A stretch of DNA of 64,000 nt from NCBI RefSeq assembly GCF_963921235.1, contig NC_086097.1, forward strand, positions 225,992,001-226,056,000, read 5' to 3'. Below, piece after piece: positions 1-12,128 of the stretch. Positions within the stretch are counted from its first letter, which is position 1. Each line of letters starts with the position of its first letter. Made by a program: the position numbers and the translations under genes. This DNA is from Mobula hypostoma (taxonomy: Eukaryota). The notes under the pieces were generated by a model. The model had not been told where the DNA came from and searched no databases. It saw only the letters and a program-made list of their open reading frames with translations.

Positions 1-2221
1 TGGATTTGTGTGTGGGAGGTCATGTTTGACAAATCTTATTGAACTTTTTGAAGATGTTACCAGGAAAGTTGACGAGGGTAAAGCGGGGGATGTTGCCTAT
101 ATGGATTTCAGTAAGGCCTTTGACAAGGTTCTACATGGAAGGTTAATTAGGAAGGTTCAATCGTTTGGTATTAATATTGAAGTCGTAAAATGGATTCAGC
201 AGTGGCTGGATAGGAGATGCCAGAGAGTAGTGGTGGATAACTGTTTGTCAGATTGGAGGCTGGTGAGTAGTGGTGTGCCTCAGGGATCTGTACTGGGTCC
301 AATGTTGTTTGTCATATACATTAATGATCTGGATGTTGGAGTGGTAAATTGGATGAGTAAGTGTGCAGATGATACTAAGATAGGTGGAGTTGTGGATTAT
401 GAAGTAGGTTTCCAAAGCTTGCAGAGAGATTTAGGCCAGTTAGAAGAGTGGGCTGAAAGATGGCAGATGGAGTTTAATGCTGATAAATGTGAGGTGCTGC
501 AGTTTGGTAGGACTAATCAAAATAGGACATTCATGATAAATGGTAGGGCATTGAAGAATGCAGTAGAACAGAGGGATCTAGGAATAATGGTGCATAGTTC
601 CCTGAAAGTAGAATCTCATGTGGATATTATTATTAACGACCTGAATGTGGGGGTAGAAGGGTGGGTTGGCAAATTTGCAGAAGACACAGAGGTTGGTGGT
701 GTTGTAGATAGTATAGAGGATTGTCAAAGATTGCAGAGAAACATTGATAGGATGCAGAAGTGGGCTGAGAAGTGGCAGATGGAGTTCAACCCGGAGAAGT
801 GTGAGGTGGTACACTGTGGAAGAACAAACTCCAAGACAGAGTACAAAGTAAATGGCAGGATACTTGGTAGTGTGGAGCAGCAGAGGGATCTCGGGGTATA
901 TGTCCACAGATCCCTGAGGGAAGTTGCCTATCCAGGTAGTTAAGAAAACTTATGGGGTGTTAGCTTTCAAAAGTCGAGGGATAGAGTTTAAGAGTTGTGA
1001 TGTAACGATGCAGCTTTATAAAACTCTGGTTAGGCCACACTTGGAGTACTGTGTCCAGTTCTGGTCGCCTCACTATAAGAAGGATGTGGAAGCATTGGAA
1101 AGGGTACAGAGGAGATTTACCAGGATGCTGCCTGGTTTAGAGAGTATGCATTATGATCAGAGATTAAGGCTTTACTCTTTGGAGAGAAGGAGGATGAGAG
1201 GAGACATGATAGAGGTGTACAAGATAATAAGAGGAATAGGTATAGTGGATAGCCTCTTCCCCAGGGCACCACTGCTCAATAGAAGAGGACATGGCTTTAA
1301 GGTAAGGGGTGGGAAGTTCAAGGGGGATATTAGAGGAAGGTTTTTCATTCAGAGAGTGGTTGGTGCGTGGAATACACTGCCTGAGTCAGTGGTGGAGGCA
1401 GATACACTAGTGAAGTTTAAGAGATTACTAGACAGGTATATGGAGGAATTTAAGGTGGGGGGGTTATATGGGAGGCAGGGTCTGAGGGTCGGCACAACAT
1501 TGTGGGCCGATGGGCCTGTACTGTTCTGTACTATTCTATGTTCCATGTTCTATAGGGTGGTGAAGAAAGTTTTTGGTATGCTGGCCTTTATAAATCAGAG
1601 CATTGAGTTTAGGAGTTGGGATGTCATGCTGAAATTTTCGAAGGCATTGGTGAGGCCAAATTTGGATTATTGTGTACAGTTTTCATCACCAAATTATAGG
1701 AAAGATGTCAACAAAATAGAGAGAGTACAGAGAAGATTTACTAGAATGTTACCTGGGTTTCATCACCAAAGTTACAGCGAAAGGTTGAACAAGTTGGGTC
1801 TTTATTTTTTGGAAAGTAGAAGGTTGAGGGGGAACTTGATAGAGGTATTTAAAATTATGAGGGGGATAGATAGAGATGACGTGGATAGGCGTTTTCCATT
1901 GAGAGTGGGGGAGATTCAAACAAGAGGACATGAATTGAGAGTTAAAGGGCAAAAGTTTAGGGGTAACATGAGGGGGAAATTCTTTACTCAGAGAGTGGTA
2001 GCTGTGTGGAACGAGCTTCCAGCAGAAGTGGTTGAGGCAGGTTCAATGTTTCATTTGAAGTGAAATTGGATAGATATATCAACAGGAGAGGAATGGAGGG
2101 TTAGGGGCTGAGTGCAGGTCGGTGGGACTAGGTGAGAGTAAGAGTTTGGCACGGACTGGAAGGGCCGAGATGGCCTGTTTCCGTGCTGTAATTGTTATGT
2201 GGTTAAATGGTTATATATATA
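1..2221 (+). mobile_element. CR1 LINE ORF2 (RT to 3' UTR), host copy A, split by a nested CR1 at 626-1553
   Basis: RT motifs [24 protein letters not shown] in ORF 8..943. Sequence CATGTGGAT (618-625) resumes as AGGGTGGTGAAGAAAG at 1554 (VDRVVKK). CR1 C-terminus and a (TGGTTATA)-like tail lie near 2200. Confidence 0.9.
626..1553 (+). mobile_element. 5'-truncated CR1 LINE copy B nested in copy A
   Basis: Restarts the RT at INDLNVGVEGWVGKFAEDT, includes RPHLEYCVQFWSP and FFIQRVVGAWN, and ends in a (TTCTATG)-type tail at about 1534-1553. Nearly identical to 18907-19372. Confidence 0.9.
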
Positions 2222-2227
2222 CTGTAG

Positions 2228-2541
2228 TAGCCCATTCGTTTAATTGAGTCTGCTGCGCCATTCCATCATGGCTGATTTATTACCCCTCTCAACCCCGTAA
2301 TATGTGGTGTCCTGACTAACCAAGAACCTATCAACCTCCACTTTAAATATACTTAAAGACTTGGCCTTCACAGTCACCCATGGCAATGAGTTCCACATAT
2401 TCACCAATATCTGACCAGAGAAATTTCTTTTCATCTCTGATCTAAATGGATGTCCCTCTATTTAGAGGCTGTGCCTCTGGTCCTAGATTCACCCACTACA
2501 GGAAACACCCTCTCCACGTCCACTCTATCAAGTCCTTTCAG
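2228..2541 (-). mobile_element. CR1 3'-end fragment
   Basis: ORF 2240..2434 (RNFSGQILVNMWNSLP...FKVEVDRFL) matches the CR1 ORF2 C-terminus. Confidence 0.8.
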
Positions 2542-2827
2542 CTTTACCAACTGGCATGCCTTCTTCATGATTGCATCACGGTTTTGGGTTTAGGATAGAT
2601 TCTCTGAAATTTTATCACTCATGAACATGAAGCTGCTCAACTTTTCCACCACTGACCACTTAATGGGGACTAGTGTGTACGTTCTCCTTCCTGAAGTCCA
2701 CAATCAGTTTCCTGATCTTGCTGACATTGAATGTAATGCTGTTATTGCAACAGCACTCAATCAGCTGATCAATAGACATGCCCATTTTTATAACTATAGT
2801 CTCTGATTCAAACTTTCATCTGGTAAA

Positions 2828-2964
2828 CAACACACAACAGGAATTCTGCAGATGCTGGAAATTCAAGCAACACAATCTTTTACTAACTCTTCCTTCAGTT
2901 AGTCCTGATGAAGGGTCTCAGCCTGAAACGTCGACTGTACCTCTTCCTAGAGATGCTGCCTGGC
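2828..2964. mobile_element. Mini Penelope-like element insertion, two arms in inverted orientation
   Basis: Reverse-oriented PLE 3' end (2828-2874) joined to a forward PLE 3' UTR segment (2875-2964). Flanked by 15-bp TSD CTTTCATCTGGTAAA (2813-2827 and 2965-2979). Confidence 0.85.
2901..2936 (+). ncRNA. Minimal type-I hammerhead ribozyme motif (PLE-associated)
   Basis: AGTC-CTGATGA-AGGGTCTCAGCCT-GAAAC-GTC-GACT: stem I AGTC/GACT, core CUGANGA, stem II, GAAA, loopless palindromic stem III (ACGT), GUC cleavage triplet. Confidence 0.75.
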
Positions 2965-3037
2965 CTTTCATCTGGTAAATGTGATTTCACTTTGTGCTAT
3001 TATCTCCAATATCCTTTGATTAATGGATTGTCTAAAG

Positions 3038-3117
3038 CAGGGGTTCCAAACCTTGGATCCAGAAACACATTTGTTAATTGTAGGGATCCATCTCATAAAA
3101 ATGGTTGGGAATTACTC
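3038..3117. mobile_element. Short hAT-like MITE (degenerate)
   Basis: TIR-like ends CAGGGGTTCCAAACC ... GGTTGGGAATTACTC with imperfect 8-bp flanks GTCTAAAG/ATTTAAAG. Confidence 0.55.
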
Positions 3118-3139
3118 ATTTAAAGTGATAAAGAACTGG

Positions 3140-3480
3140 AAGTGCCTCTCAGTTCCTGATATCCAGGTTTGATCCTGACCTTTGTGTAAAGCAGGGATTC
3201 CCAAGCTGCTTAATGGTAGAGGTTCATAGCGTTAAAAAGATTGGCAACTCCTGGTGTACAGATTCCACTGCTTTCTATACCCACATATTCCTGCATGCTA
3301 TAGTTTGCCATGGATATGTGGATTAACTGGCTACTGTAAATTTTCCTTCATGTTTAGATAGGTGGCAAGAGAATTAGGATGGAGATGCAAGAGGAAAAAT
3401 AGAATTAGTGTAGCTGTATACTTGATATTATGGTTGTAGTGGGATGAAAGACCTGTTTTCATGTTATATGTATAACAATG
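3140..3480 (+). mobile_element. Degenerate V-SINE/HE1-like SINE interrupted by a MITE
   Basis: B-box-like GGTTTGATCC, V-domain-like GGATTAACTGGCTACTGTAAATT, and a CR1-like tail GAAAGACCTGTTTTCATGTTATATG. Confidence 0.5.
3192..3253. mobile_element. Short hAT-like MITE
   Basis: Ends CAGGGATTCCCAA ... TTGGCAACTCCTG. 8-bp TSD GTGTAAAG (3184-3191) / GTGTACAG (3254-3261); an 8-bp TSD is typical of hAT elements. Confidence 0.65.
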
Positions 3481-3550
3481 AGTTTTTTTGCTTTAATTCA
3501 TGATGTGTTATATTAATTTTTGCTTAATATAAAATATAATTAATATTTGA

Positions 3551-3700
3551 TCACAAGAGATTCTGCAGATGATGGATATCTAGAGTAGCACACATAAAAT
3601 GCTGGAGGAATTCTGCAAGTCAGACAGCATCTGTGTTGACTGTTTTTTTTCCCATCTAGAGGGGACTTGCTGAGTTCCTCTAGCATTTTGTGTGCGCTGC
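3551..3700. mobile_element. Older PLE 3'-end fold-back remnant
   Basis: CTGCAGATG...CACACATAAAATGCTGGAGGAATTC followed by its inverted counterpart GAGTTCCTCTAGCATTTTGTGTG. Confidence 0.65.
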
Positions 3701-4009
3701 GCAAAATTAAGTTTATCCTCTGAATGTTCCTTCCACCTGCAATCCTGCTATCTCAATATTTGTGTCTGTAACCCAGATTTCTTTGTCTTTCCACTCCACT
3801 GAGAATTCTATAAGCTCAAGTGTGAATCTATCCTTAAATGACAGCGGATGAGAGGATTAAAAGCTTAAGATCTATGTTGGTGGCACCATGCCACAGATTT
3901 AAATCGTGCAGGTTATTGACCTAAAATACCAGTAACACCTGGCACTTTTTATTTGGGAATCAGGTGTGAGCTCATTAAACCTTTTATGACATGGAACAGA
4001 TACCTACTG

Positions 4010-4514
4010 AAAGAGAAATCCAACAGAAAGTAGTGGATACGGCCCAGTCCATCACAGGTAAAGCGAACCCCACAAATGAGCACATCTGTACAAAACAGTA
4101 TCATAGGAAAGCAGCATCCATCATCAGGGATGCCCACCATCCAGGTCATGCTCTCCTCTCACTGCTGTCATCGGGAAGAAGGTAGGAGCCTCAGAACTCA
4201 CACCATCGCATACTCAATCATCAGGCTCTTGAACCAAAGGGGATAACTTCACTCAACTTCACTTGCCCTATCATTGAAATGTTCCCACAGCTAATGGAGT
4301 CACTGTCAGATGCTTTTCATCTCATGTTCTTGATATTTATTGTTTATTTATTTATTATTATTATTACTTTGCACAGTTTCTTGTCTTTTGCACACTGGTT
4401 GAATGCCCAAGTTGATGCAATCTTTCATTGATTCTGTTATTGTTATTATTCCAAGGATTTGCTGAGGTTGCCCACAAGACAATGAATCTCAGGATTGCAT
4501 ATGATGACATATAC
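4010..4514 (+). mobile_element. Rex1/Babar-type LINE 3' end with 3' UTR
   Basis: QKVVDTAQSITG...IIRDAHHPGHALLSLLSSGRR C-terminus. The 3' UTR is shared with copies at 38225, 44058 and 49423. Confidence 0.75.
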
Positions 4515-6383
4515 AGACCATAAGACCATAAGATACAAGAGCAGAATTAGGTCATTCGGCCCAAAGAGCCTGCTCCTCCCAGCCCTAATCTCCTGCCTTC
4601 TCTCGGTGTCCCTTCATGTCCTGACCAATCAAAGATCTATTAACCTCTGCCTTAAATATACATAAACATTTGGCCTCCACAGCTACTTGTGACACAGAAT
4701 CCCCACACAGACTCTCCACTCTCTGGCTAAAGAAATTCCTCCTCATCCCCATTCTAAAAAGATGCCCCTCTGTTCTGAGACTGTGTCCTCTGGTCTTAGA
4801 CTCTCCCACCATAGGAAACATCCTCTTCACATCCACTCTGTTAAGGGCTTTCACCATTCAATAGGTTTCACTGAAGTCACCCCTCATTCTTCTGAAGTCT
4901 AGCAAATACAGGTCCCAGAGCCATTTAATCTTAGAATAATTCTCATGAACATTCTTTGAACCCTCTCCTGTTTCAACACATCCTTTCTAAGATAAGGGGC
5001 ACAAAACTGCTCACAATACCCCAAGTGAGGCCTCACCAGTGCTTTATAAAGTCTCAGCATTACATCCTTGCTTTTGTATTCTAGTCCTCTGATAATGAAT
5101 GTTAACATTGTATTTGCCTTCCTTACCACAGACCCAACCTGCAAATTAACTTTAGGGAATCATCCATAAGGACTCCCAATTCCCTTTGCAGCTCAGTTTT
5201 TTGTATTTTCTCACCATTTAGAAAATAGTCAAACCATTTTACTTCTTTGACAAAAATGCATGACCATGTATTTCCTGACATTGTATTTCATCTGCCATTT
5301 CTTTGCCCATTCTTCTAATCTGTCTAAGTCTTTCTCTAAAATTCAAACCTACCTGCCACTCCACCTGTCTTCGGATCATCTGCAAATTTTGCAACAAAAC
5401 CATCAATTCCATCATACAAATCATTGACATATAACATACAAAGAATTGGTCCCAACACAGACCCCTGTGGAACACCATTAGATACTGGCAACCGACCAGA
5501 AAGGGCTCCCTTTATTCCCACACTTTATCTCATGCCAATCGGCCACTGCTTTATCCATGATAGAATCTTTACAGTAATAACATGGGGTTGTAGCTTGTTA
5601 AGCAGCCTCATGGTTGGCACCTTATCAAAGGTCTTCTGAAAATACAAGTATTCCAACTGATTCTTCTGTGTCTCTCCTGCTTGGTATTTCTTCAAAGAAT
5701 TCCAACAGATTTGTCAGGCAAGATACTCCCTTGAGGAAACCATGCTGACTATGGCCTACTTTATCATGTGCCTCCAAGTACCCTGAAACCTCACCCTTGA
5801 TAATTGACTCCAACATCTTCCCAACCACAGCGTCAGAGTAGCTGACCAATTGTTTCCTTTCTTCTGTCTCTCTCTTTTCTTGAAGAGTGGAGTGACATTT
5901 GCAATTTTCCAGTCTTCCAGAAACTAGTGATTCTTGAAAGATCATTACTAATACTTCCACAATTTCTTCAGCCATGTCTTTCAGCACCCCAGGGTGTACG
6001 CCATCTGGTCCAGCTGACTTATCTACCTTCAGACCCTTCAGTTTCCCGAGAACCTTGTAATGATAACTTAACTCACTTCATGATCCTGACTCCTGAAACT
6101 TCCACCATGCTGCTAGTGTCTTCCACAGTAAAGACTGAATACTCAGCTCGTCAGCCATTTTCTTGTTCCCCATTACTACCTCTCCAGCATTGTTTTCCGG
6201 TGAATTGATAAGCACTCTCACCTCTCGTTTACACCTTATGTATCTGAAGAAACTTTTAGTATCCTCTTTAATATTATTGGCTAGTATACTTTTGTATTCA
6301 TCTTTACCATCTTAGCGACATTTTTAGTTGCCTTCTGTTAGTCTTCAAATGCTTCCTAATCTTCTAACTTCCCACTAATTTTT
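4515..6383 (-). mobile_element. CR1 LINE ORF2 (frameshifted)
   Basis: Fragmented ORFs with [26 protein letters not shown] and RPHLGYCEQF; (ACCATAAG)n tail at about 4516-4535. Confidence 0.9.
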
Positions 6384-6636
6384 AGAAACATAGAAAACCT
6401 ACAGCACAATACAGGCCCTTCGGCCCACAAAGCTGTGCCAAACATGTCCTTATCTTAGAAATTACCTAGGGTTACCCATAGCCCTCTATTTTTCTGAGCT
6501 CCATGTACCTGTCCAGGAGTCTCTTAAAAGACCCTATCATATCCACCTCCACCACTGTTGCCGGCAGCCAATTCAACGCACTCACCACTCTGCATAAAAA
6601 AACTTACCCCTGACATTTCCTCTGAATCTACTTCCA
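6384..6636 (-). mobile_element. CR1 3'-end fragment (same subfamily as 58740 and 13030 copies)
   Basis: AGAAACATAGAAAACCTACAGCACAATACAGGCCC tail, near-identical to about 58745-58990. Confidence 0.85.
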
Positions 6637-6639
6637 CTT

Positions 6640-6770
6640 AAGAATGTTGCGGACTCGATCTGAGATGTTCTGGACCCTGGCTCCCAGAAGGCAACGTACC
6701 ATCTGGGAATCTCATTCTTGCCCACAGAACCTCCTAAATATTCCCTAAACCTGCAAATCCGCTATCACCA
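6640..6770 (-). mobile_element. CR1 ORF1 (esterase) fragment
   Basis: Homologous to 11350-11470 (GATCTGAGAT...GGACCCTGGC...ACCATC...ACAGAACCTC). Confidence 0.65.
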
Positions 6771-7154
6771 AAGTACATACAGAATGTACTTTGAACATTG
6801 AACTTTAAACATTGCATTCTAAGCACAATGTACTTGGCTGCTCTTGTCATCTCTGCTTTGTTATGGATCTTGGTGTGTCTTTATGCTCGGAGGACTTCTC
6901 TCCCCTTCTCCAACTTTTGAACTCATCAGGGATATCACAATGCTGGCCTTCATGTTCTGTTTGCAGAGCAAGCTGTGCAAAATTGTGTATCATCTGCATC
7001 AGTGGTTGGGGAAAATAAGTACCACCGTTCTACAGTATTTAGTAAAATTGAATCCTGGATGCTTGATCATTCAATAGCTTATTCTTACATCTGATGGTAC
7101 AGCACTAACTGCTGCATGATAGAAAGATGCATCTTAATGAATGTCACACAAACT

Positions 7155-7450
7155 GCTGGCAATGTTGCTGCAGCACCCTGGGTTTGATTCTGACTTTCGG
7201 TCTCATCAATGTAGAGGTTGCACATTCTCTCTGTGACTGTATGGGTTTCTTTGGGGTAGGTGCTCTCTGATTTGCTCCCACATCCCAAAGATATGTTGAT
7301 AGTCAGTTAAGATGGCAATTTTAAGCTGTCCCTAGTGTAAGTGAGTGTTACCGGAAGGGGCCGATGTTGATGATAATGAGAGAGAAAAAGTTACAGGGAA
7401 GTAAATGGAGGTGGGTGATTGATCTGGGACCCTGAATAGACTATGAGACA
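7155..7450 (+). mobile_element. V-SINE/HE1-like SINE
   Basis: GGGTTTGATTC B-box-like element plus V-domain TGTAGAGGTTGCACATTCTCTCTGTGACTGTATGGGTTTC...CTCCCACATCCCAAAGA. Confidence 0.7.
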
Positions 7451-7534
7451 AAGGGTCATAATCAAATAGTATAGGAGATTATAAAACATTGTACTTGGGT
7501 AGGCTGAATTACAGCGTGTACAATATCTGCTATG

Positions 7535-7655
7535 AGAAACAAGAGAAAATCTGCAGATGTAGCAATGCACACAAAATGCTGGAGGAACTCAGCAGGCCAG
7601 GCAGCATCTATGGAAAAGAGTATAGTCAATGTTTCAGGCCAAGACCCTTTAGCAG
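7535..7655 (-). mobile_element. PLE 3'-end fragment (older subfamily)
   Basis: AATCTGCAGATG...AAAATGCTGGAGGAACTCAGCAGGCCAGGCAGCATCTATGG...TTTCAGGCCAAGACCCTT, with a decayed hammerhead region. Confidence 0.7.
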
Positions 7656-7656
7656 A

Positions 7657-7965
7657 AGGTGGATGAGTCTAGGACCAGAGAACACACCCTCAGAATAGAG
7701 GAATGTCCAATTAGAACAGAGATGAGGAGGAGTTTCTTTAGCCAGAGGGTAATGAATCTGTGAAATTCATTGCCAGGCCAGCTGTGGAGGTTAAGTCACT
7801 GGGTGTAATTAAAGTGGAGGTTGTTAGATTCTGATTAGTCAGGTCGTCAAAGGTTTCAGGGAAAAGGCTGGATAATGGGATTGAAAGATAATTGAAAGAT
7901 AATTAATCAACTATGATGTAATGATAGAACAGACCCAATGGGCTAAATGGCTTAATTCTGTTCCA
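7657..7965 (+). mobile_element. CR1 3'-end fragment (host of the large CR1 insertion)
   Basis: GAGTCTAGGACCAGAG...TTTCTTTAGCCAGAGGGT...; its tail appears to resume at about 12136 (ATATGTTTTATGGATTTGTGG). Confidence 0.75.
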
Positions 7966-10900
7966 ATAGAACCATAGAACACTACAGCACAGAAAACCAG
8001 GCTATTCAGCCCTTCTAGTCTGTGCCGAAACTTTAATCCACTAGTCCCATTGACCTGCACCCAGTCCATAACCCGCCAGACCTCTCCCATCCATATATCT
8101 ATCCAATTTATTCTTAAAACTTAAGAGTTTTTACCACATCATTTACATCAGATGGCAGCTCGTTCCCCACTCCCACCACTCTCTGAGTGAAGAAGTTCCC
8201 CCTAACACTCCCCCTAAACCTTTCCCCTTTCACCCTAAACCCATGTCCTCTCGTATTTCTCTCTCCTAATCTAAGTGGAAAGAGCTTACTTGCATTTACT
8301 CTGTCTATGCCCCTCAAAATTTTGTAAACCTCTATCAAATCCCTCCTCATTCTTCTACGCTCCAAGGAATAAAATCCTAACCTGTTCAATCTTTCCCTGT
8401 AACTCAACTCCTGAAGACCCGGCAACATCCTAATAAATCTTCTCGGCACTCGTTCAATCTTACTGATATCCTTCTTATAGTTAGGTGACCAGAACTGCAC
8501 ACAATACTCCAGATTTGGCCTCACTAATGTCTTGTACAACCTTACCATAACATCCCAACTCCTATACTCAATATTTTGATTTACAAATGCCAGGATGCCA
8601 AAAGCCTTCTTTACAACCCTGTCTACCTGTGACGCCACTTTCAGGGAATTATGTATCTGAACTCCCAGATCCCTTTGTTCCTCCACGCGCCTCAGTGCCC
8701 TACCATTTACTGTGTATGTCCTGCCTTGATTTGTCCTTCCAAAATGCAACACCTCACACTTGTCTGCATTAAATTCCATCTGCCATTTTCTGACCCATTT
8801 TTCCATTTGGTACAGATCCCTCTGCAAGCTTTGAAAGCCTTCCTTGCCGTCCACAACGCCTCTAAGTCTCAGTGTCATCAGCAAACTTAATGATCCAATT
8901 TACCACATTATCATCTAGATCATTGATATAGACAGCAAACAACAATGGTCCCAGCACAGATCCCTGAGGCACACCAGTAGTCACAGGCCTCCAGTCTGAG
9001 AAGCAATCATCCACACGCTGTCTTCTCCCACACAGCCAATTTCAAATCCAGTTCACAACCTCTCCATAGATACCCAGTGTCTGAACCTTCTGAACTAACC
9101 TCCCATGTGGGACCTTGTCAAAGGCCTTACCAAAGTCCATGCAGACAACATCCACAGCCTTTCCTTCATCTATTTTCTTAGTAACTTCCTTGAAAAACTC
9201 TACAAGGTTTGTTAAACACTATCTACCATGCAAAAAGCCATACTGACTATCCTTAATCAGCCCTTGGCTGTCCAAATACTTGTATATCCAATCTCTCAGA
9301 ACACCTTCTAATAATTTACCTACTACTGATGTCAGGCTCACCAGCCTGTAATTACCTGGTTTACTTTTGGAGCATTTTTTAAACAATGGAACAACATGAG
9401 CTACCCTCCAATCCTCTGGCACCGCACCCATGGCTAAAGACATTTTAAATATTTCTGCCAGGGCCCCTGCAATTTCTACACTAGTCTCTCTCAAGGTCTG
9501 AGGAAATATCATGTCAGGCCCGGGGGATTTAGCTACCTTTATTCGCTGTAAGGCAGCAAGCACCTCCTCCTCTTTAATCTCTATATGTTCCATGACACTG
9601 CTGCTTGTTTCCCTTCCTTCCATATATGCTATGCCAGTTTCCTGAGAAAATACTGATGCAAAAAAACTGTTTAAGATCTCCCCCATCTTGTGAGGCTCCA
9701 CACATAGACGACCACTCTGATCTTCTAGTGGACCAATTTTGACCCTTACTATCCTTTTACTCTTAATATACTTGTGGAAACCCTTCAGGTTGACCTTCAC
9801 GTTATCTGCCAAAGCAACCTCATGTCTTCCTTTTGCCTTCCTGATTTCCTTCTTTGGTATTTTCTTACATTTTCTATACTCTTCAAGTACCTCATTTGTT
9901 CTTTGTTGCCTATACCTACTATACGCCTCTCTTTCTCTTAACCAGATTGCCAACATCCCTTGAAAATCAAGGTTCCCTATGCCTGTTAACTTTGCCTTTA
10001 ATCCTGGTAGGAACATGCAAACTCTGCACTCTCAAAGTTTCGCCTTTGAAGGCCTTTCACTTACTGAACACACCTTTGCCAGAAAACAACTTATCCCAAT
10101 CCACTCTTCCTAGATCCTTTCTCATTTCCACAAAATTGGCCCTTCTCCAATTTAGAACCTCAACTCGAGGACCAGACCTATCCTTATTCATAATTAACTT
10201 GAATCTAATGACATCATTTGACACTGGACCCAAAAAGTTCGCCTACACATACTTCTGTCATTGACCTGTCTGGTTCCCTAATAGGAGGAGATCCCAAAGG
10301 ATTTCCCAAAGGAGATCCTTTCTCATAGGTACCTCTATATATTGATTTAGAAAACTTTCCTGAACATATTTGACAAACTCCAAGCCATCCAGCCCTTTCA
10401 CAGTGTGGGAGTCCCAGTCAATATGTGGAAAGTTAAAATGCCCTACTATTTCAACTTTCTATTTCTTAGATCAGTCTGCCATCTCTCGACAGATTTGCTC
10501 CTCCAATTCTCTCTGACTATTGGGCGGTCTATAATACAACCCTATTAGTGTGTTCACACCTTTCCTGTTCCTCAGCTCCACCCATATGGCCTCTGTAGAC
10601 AAGCCCACTAAGCTGTTCTGTCTATGCACAACTGTGATATTTTCCCTGACTAGTAATGCCACTCCTTCCCCTTTCATCCCTCCCCATCTATCACAACTGA
10701 AACAGCAGAACCCCGGAACATTAAACTGCCAGTCCTGCCCCTCCTGCAACCAAGTCTCACTAATAATGTCGTAATCCCATGTGCCAATCCACGCCCTAAG
10801 CTCATCTGCCTTACCTACAATACTCATTGCATTGAAATAGATGCACATGAGAACATTTCTATCATGTACAAACCTTTGATTTCTGTCTATACATCCAGTC

Positions 10901-12128
10901 CTCGCATGACCTTTATCCTCCTCCACCTCACTATCTGCTCTAACACTCTGGTTCCACTCCCCCTCTAAATCTAGTTTAAACCCCCTGGAGCAGCACTAGC
11001 AAATCTACTCACAAGGATGTTAGTCCCCCTCCAGTTCAGGTGCAAACTGTCCCGTCGGAACAGGTCCCACCTTCCCTTTAGCAAAGCCCAATTGTCCAGA
11101 AACGTGAAGCTCTCCCTCCTACACCATCTCCTTAACCACGTATTTAACTGCATTATCTTCCTAATTCTAGCCTCACTGGCACATGGCACAGCTAGCAATC
11201 CTGAGATTGCAACCCAGGAGGTCCTGTCCTTCAACTTTGTCCCTAACTCCCTAAACTCTCTTTGCAGGACTTCCTCCTCCTTCCTATCTATACCATTGGT
11301 CCCTACATGGACCACGACATCTGGCTGCTCACCCTCCCTCCTGAGAATACCGAGAACACGATCTGAGATATCGTGGACCCTGGCACCGGGGAAGCAACAG
11401 ACCATCCGGGATTCCCGATCTCTCCTACAGAACCTCTTATCTGTCCCCATAACTATCGAATCCCCTATCACTACTGCTTTCCTCCTTTCCCTCCTTCCTT
11501 TCTGAGCTGAGGGTCCAGTCTCAGTGTCAGAGACACAACCACTACGACTTGTTCCTGGTAGGTCATCCCCACCAACAGTATCCAAAATGGTATCCTTATT
11601 GTTGATGGGAACAGCCACAGGGGTGCTCTGCTCTTTCTGTCTATTTCCCTTCCCTCTCCTGACAGTCATCCAGCTACCTGCCTCCTGACTTTTAGGGGTG
11701 ACTGTCTCCTTGAAACCCCTGTCTATTCCTGCCTCTGCCTCACGAATGATCAGAAGTTCATCCAGCTCCAGTTCCCTAACTTGGTTTGTCAGGAGCTACA
11801 GCTGGATGCACCTTTTACAGGTGTAATCATCAGGGACAAAGGAACTTACCCGGCCTTACCTCACTGGGAGCAAGCTCGTCCAAAGCCTCAAAGCTCCACT
11901 CCTAACCTGAGCCACTCACACACTTGCCACTCCTCTTCAGTTACCCCTCCTTTTATTTGTCCCTGCCAATTATCTCAAGTACTCACTCCCCCTAATCAAC
12001 TAATCAACACTCTGTTTAACCCTTCAGTTGTCCTCCGCACTCCTTTTAAAGCATACTCACCTCAGCTCCTCAGCTGCTTCCCAGCACTCAGTGCTCTCCC
12101 GAGCCCCTCCTGCTGCAATGGCTCCGCG
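7966..12128 (-). mobile_element. Near full-length CR1 LINE (5' UTR, ORF1 esterase, ORF2 APE-RT), inactivated
   Basis: ORF1 10971..11669; APE 10471..10926 (CIYFNAMSI, SETWL, YYRPPN); RT pieces 9219..10016 (KSPGPD, NYRLVSLTS) and 8114..8884; (ATAGAACC)n tail at 7966. Confidence 0.93.
10971..11840 (-). pseudogene. CR1 ORF1: CxxC/coiled-coil N-terminus plus SGNH/GDSL esterase domain
   Basis: VIGDSIV (block I), FPGARV (II), VVVHVGTN (III), DSLHLN (V). Upstream YTCKRCIQL*LL...ELELDEL carries an in-frame stop. Confidence 0.85.

Noticed and set aside
8..2063. 311-aa and 379-aa ORFs as functional genes
   Set aside because: They are chimeras of two nested, truncated CR1 copies.
10971..11669. Stand-alone GDSL/SGNH lipase gene
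   Set aside because: It sits in the ORF1 position of a CR1 element directly upstream of APE-RT and has an upstream in-frame stop.
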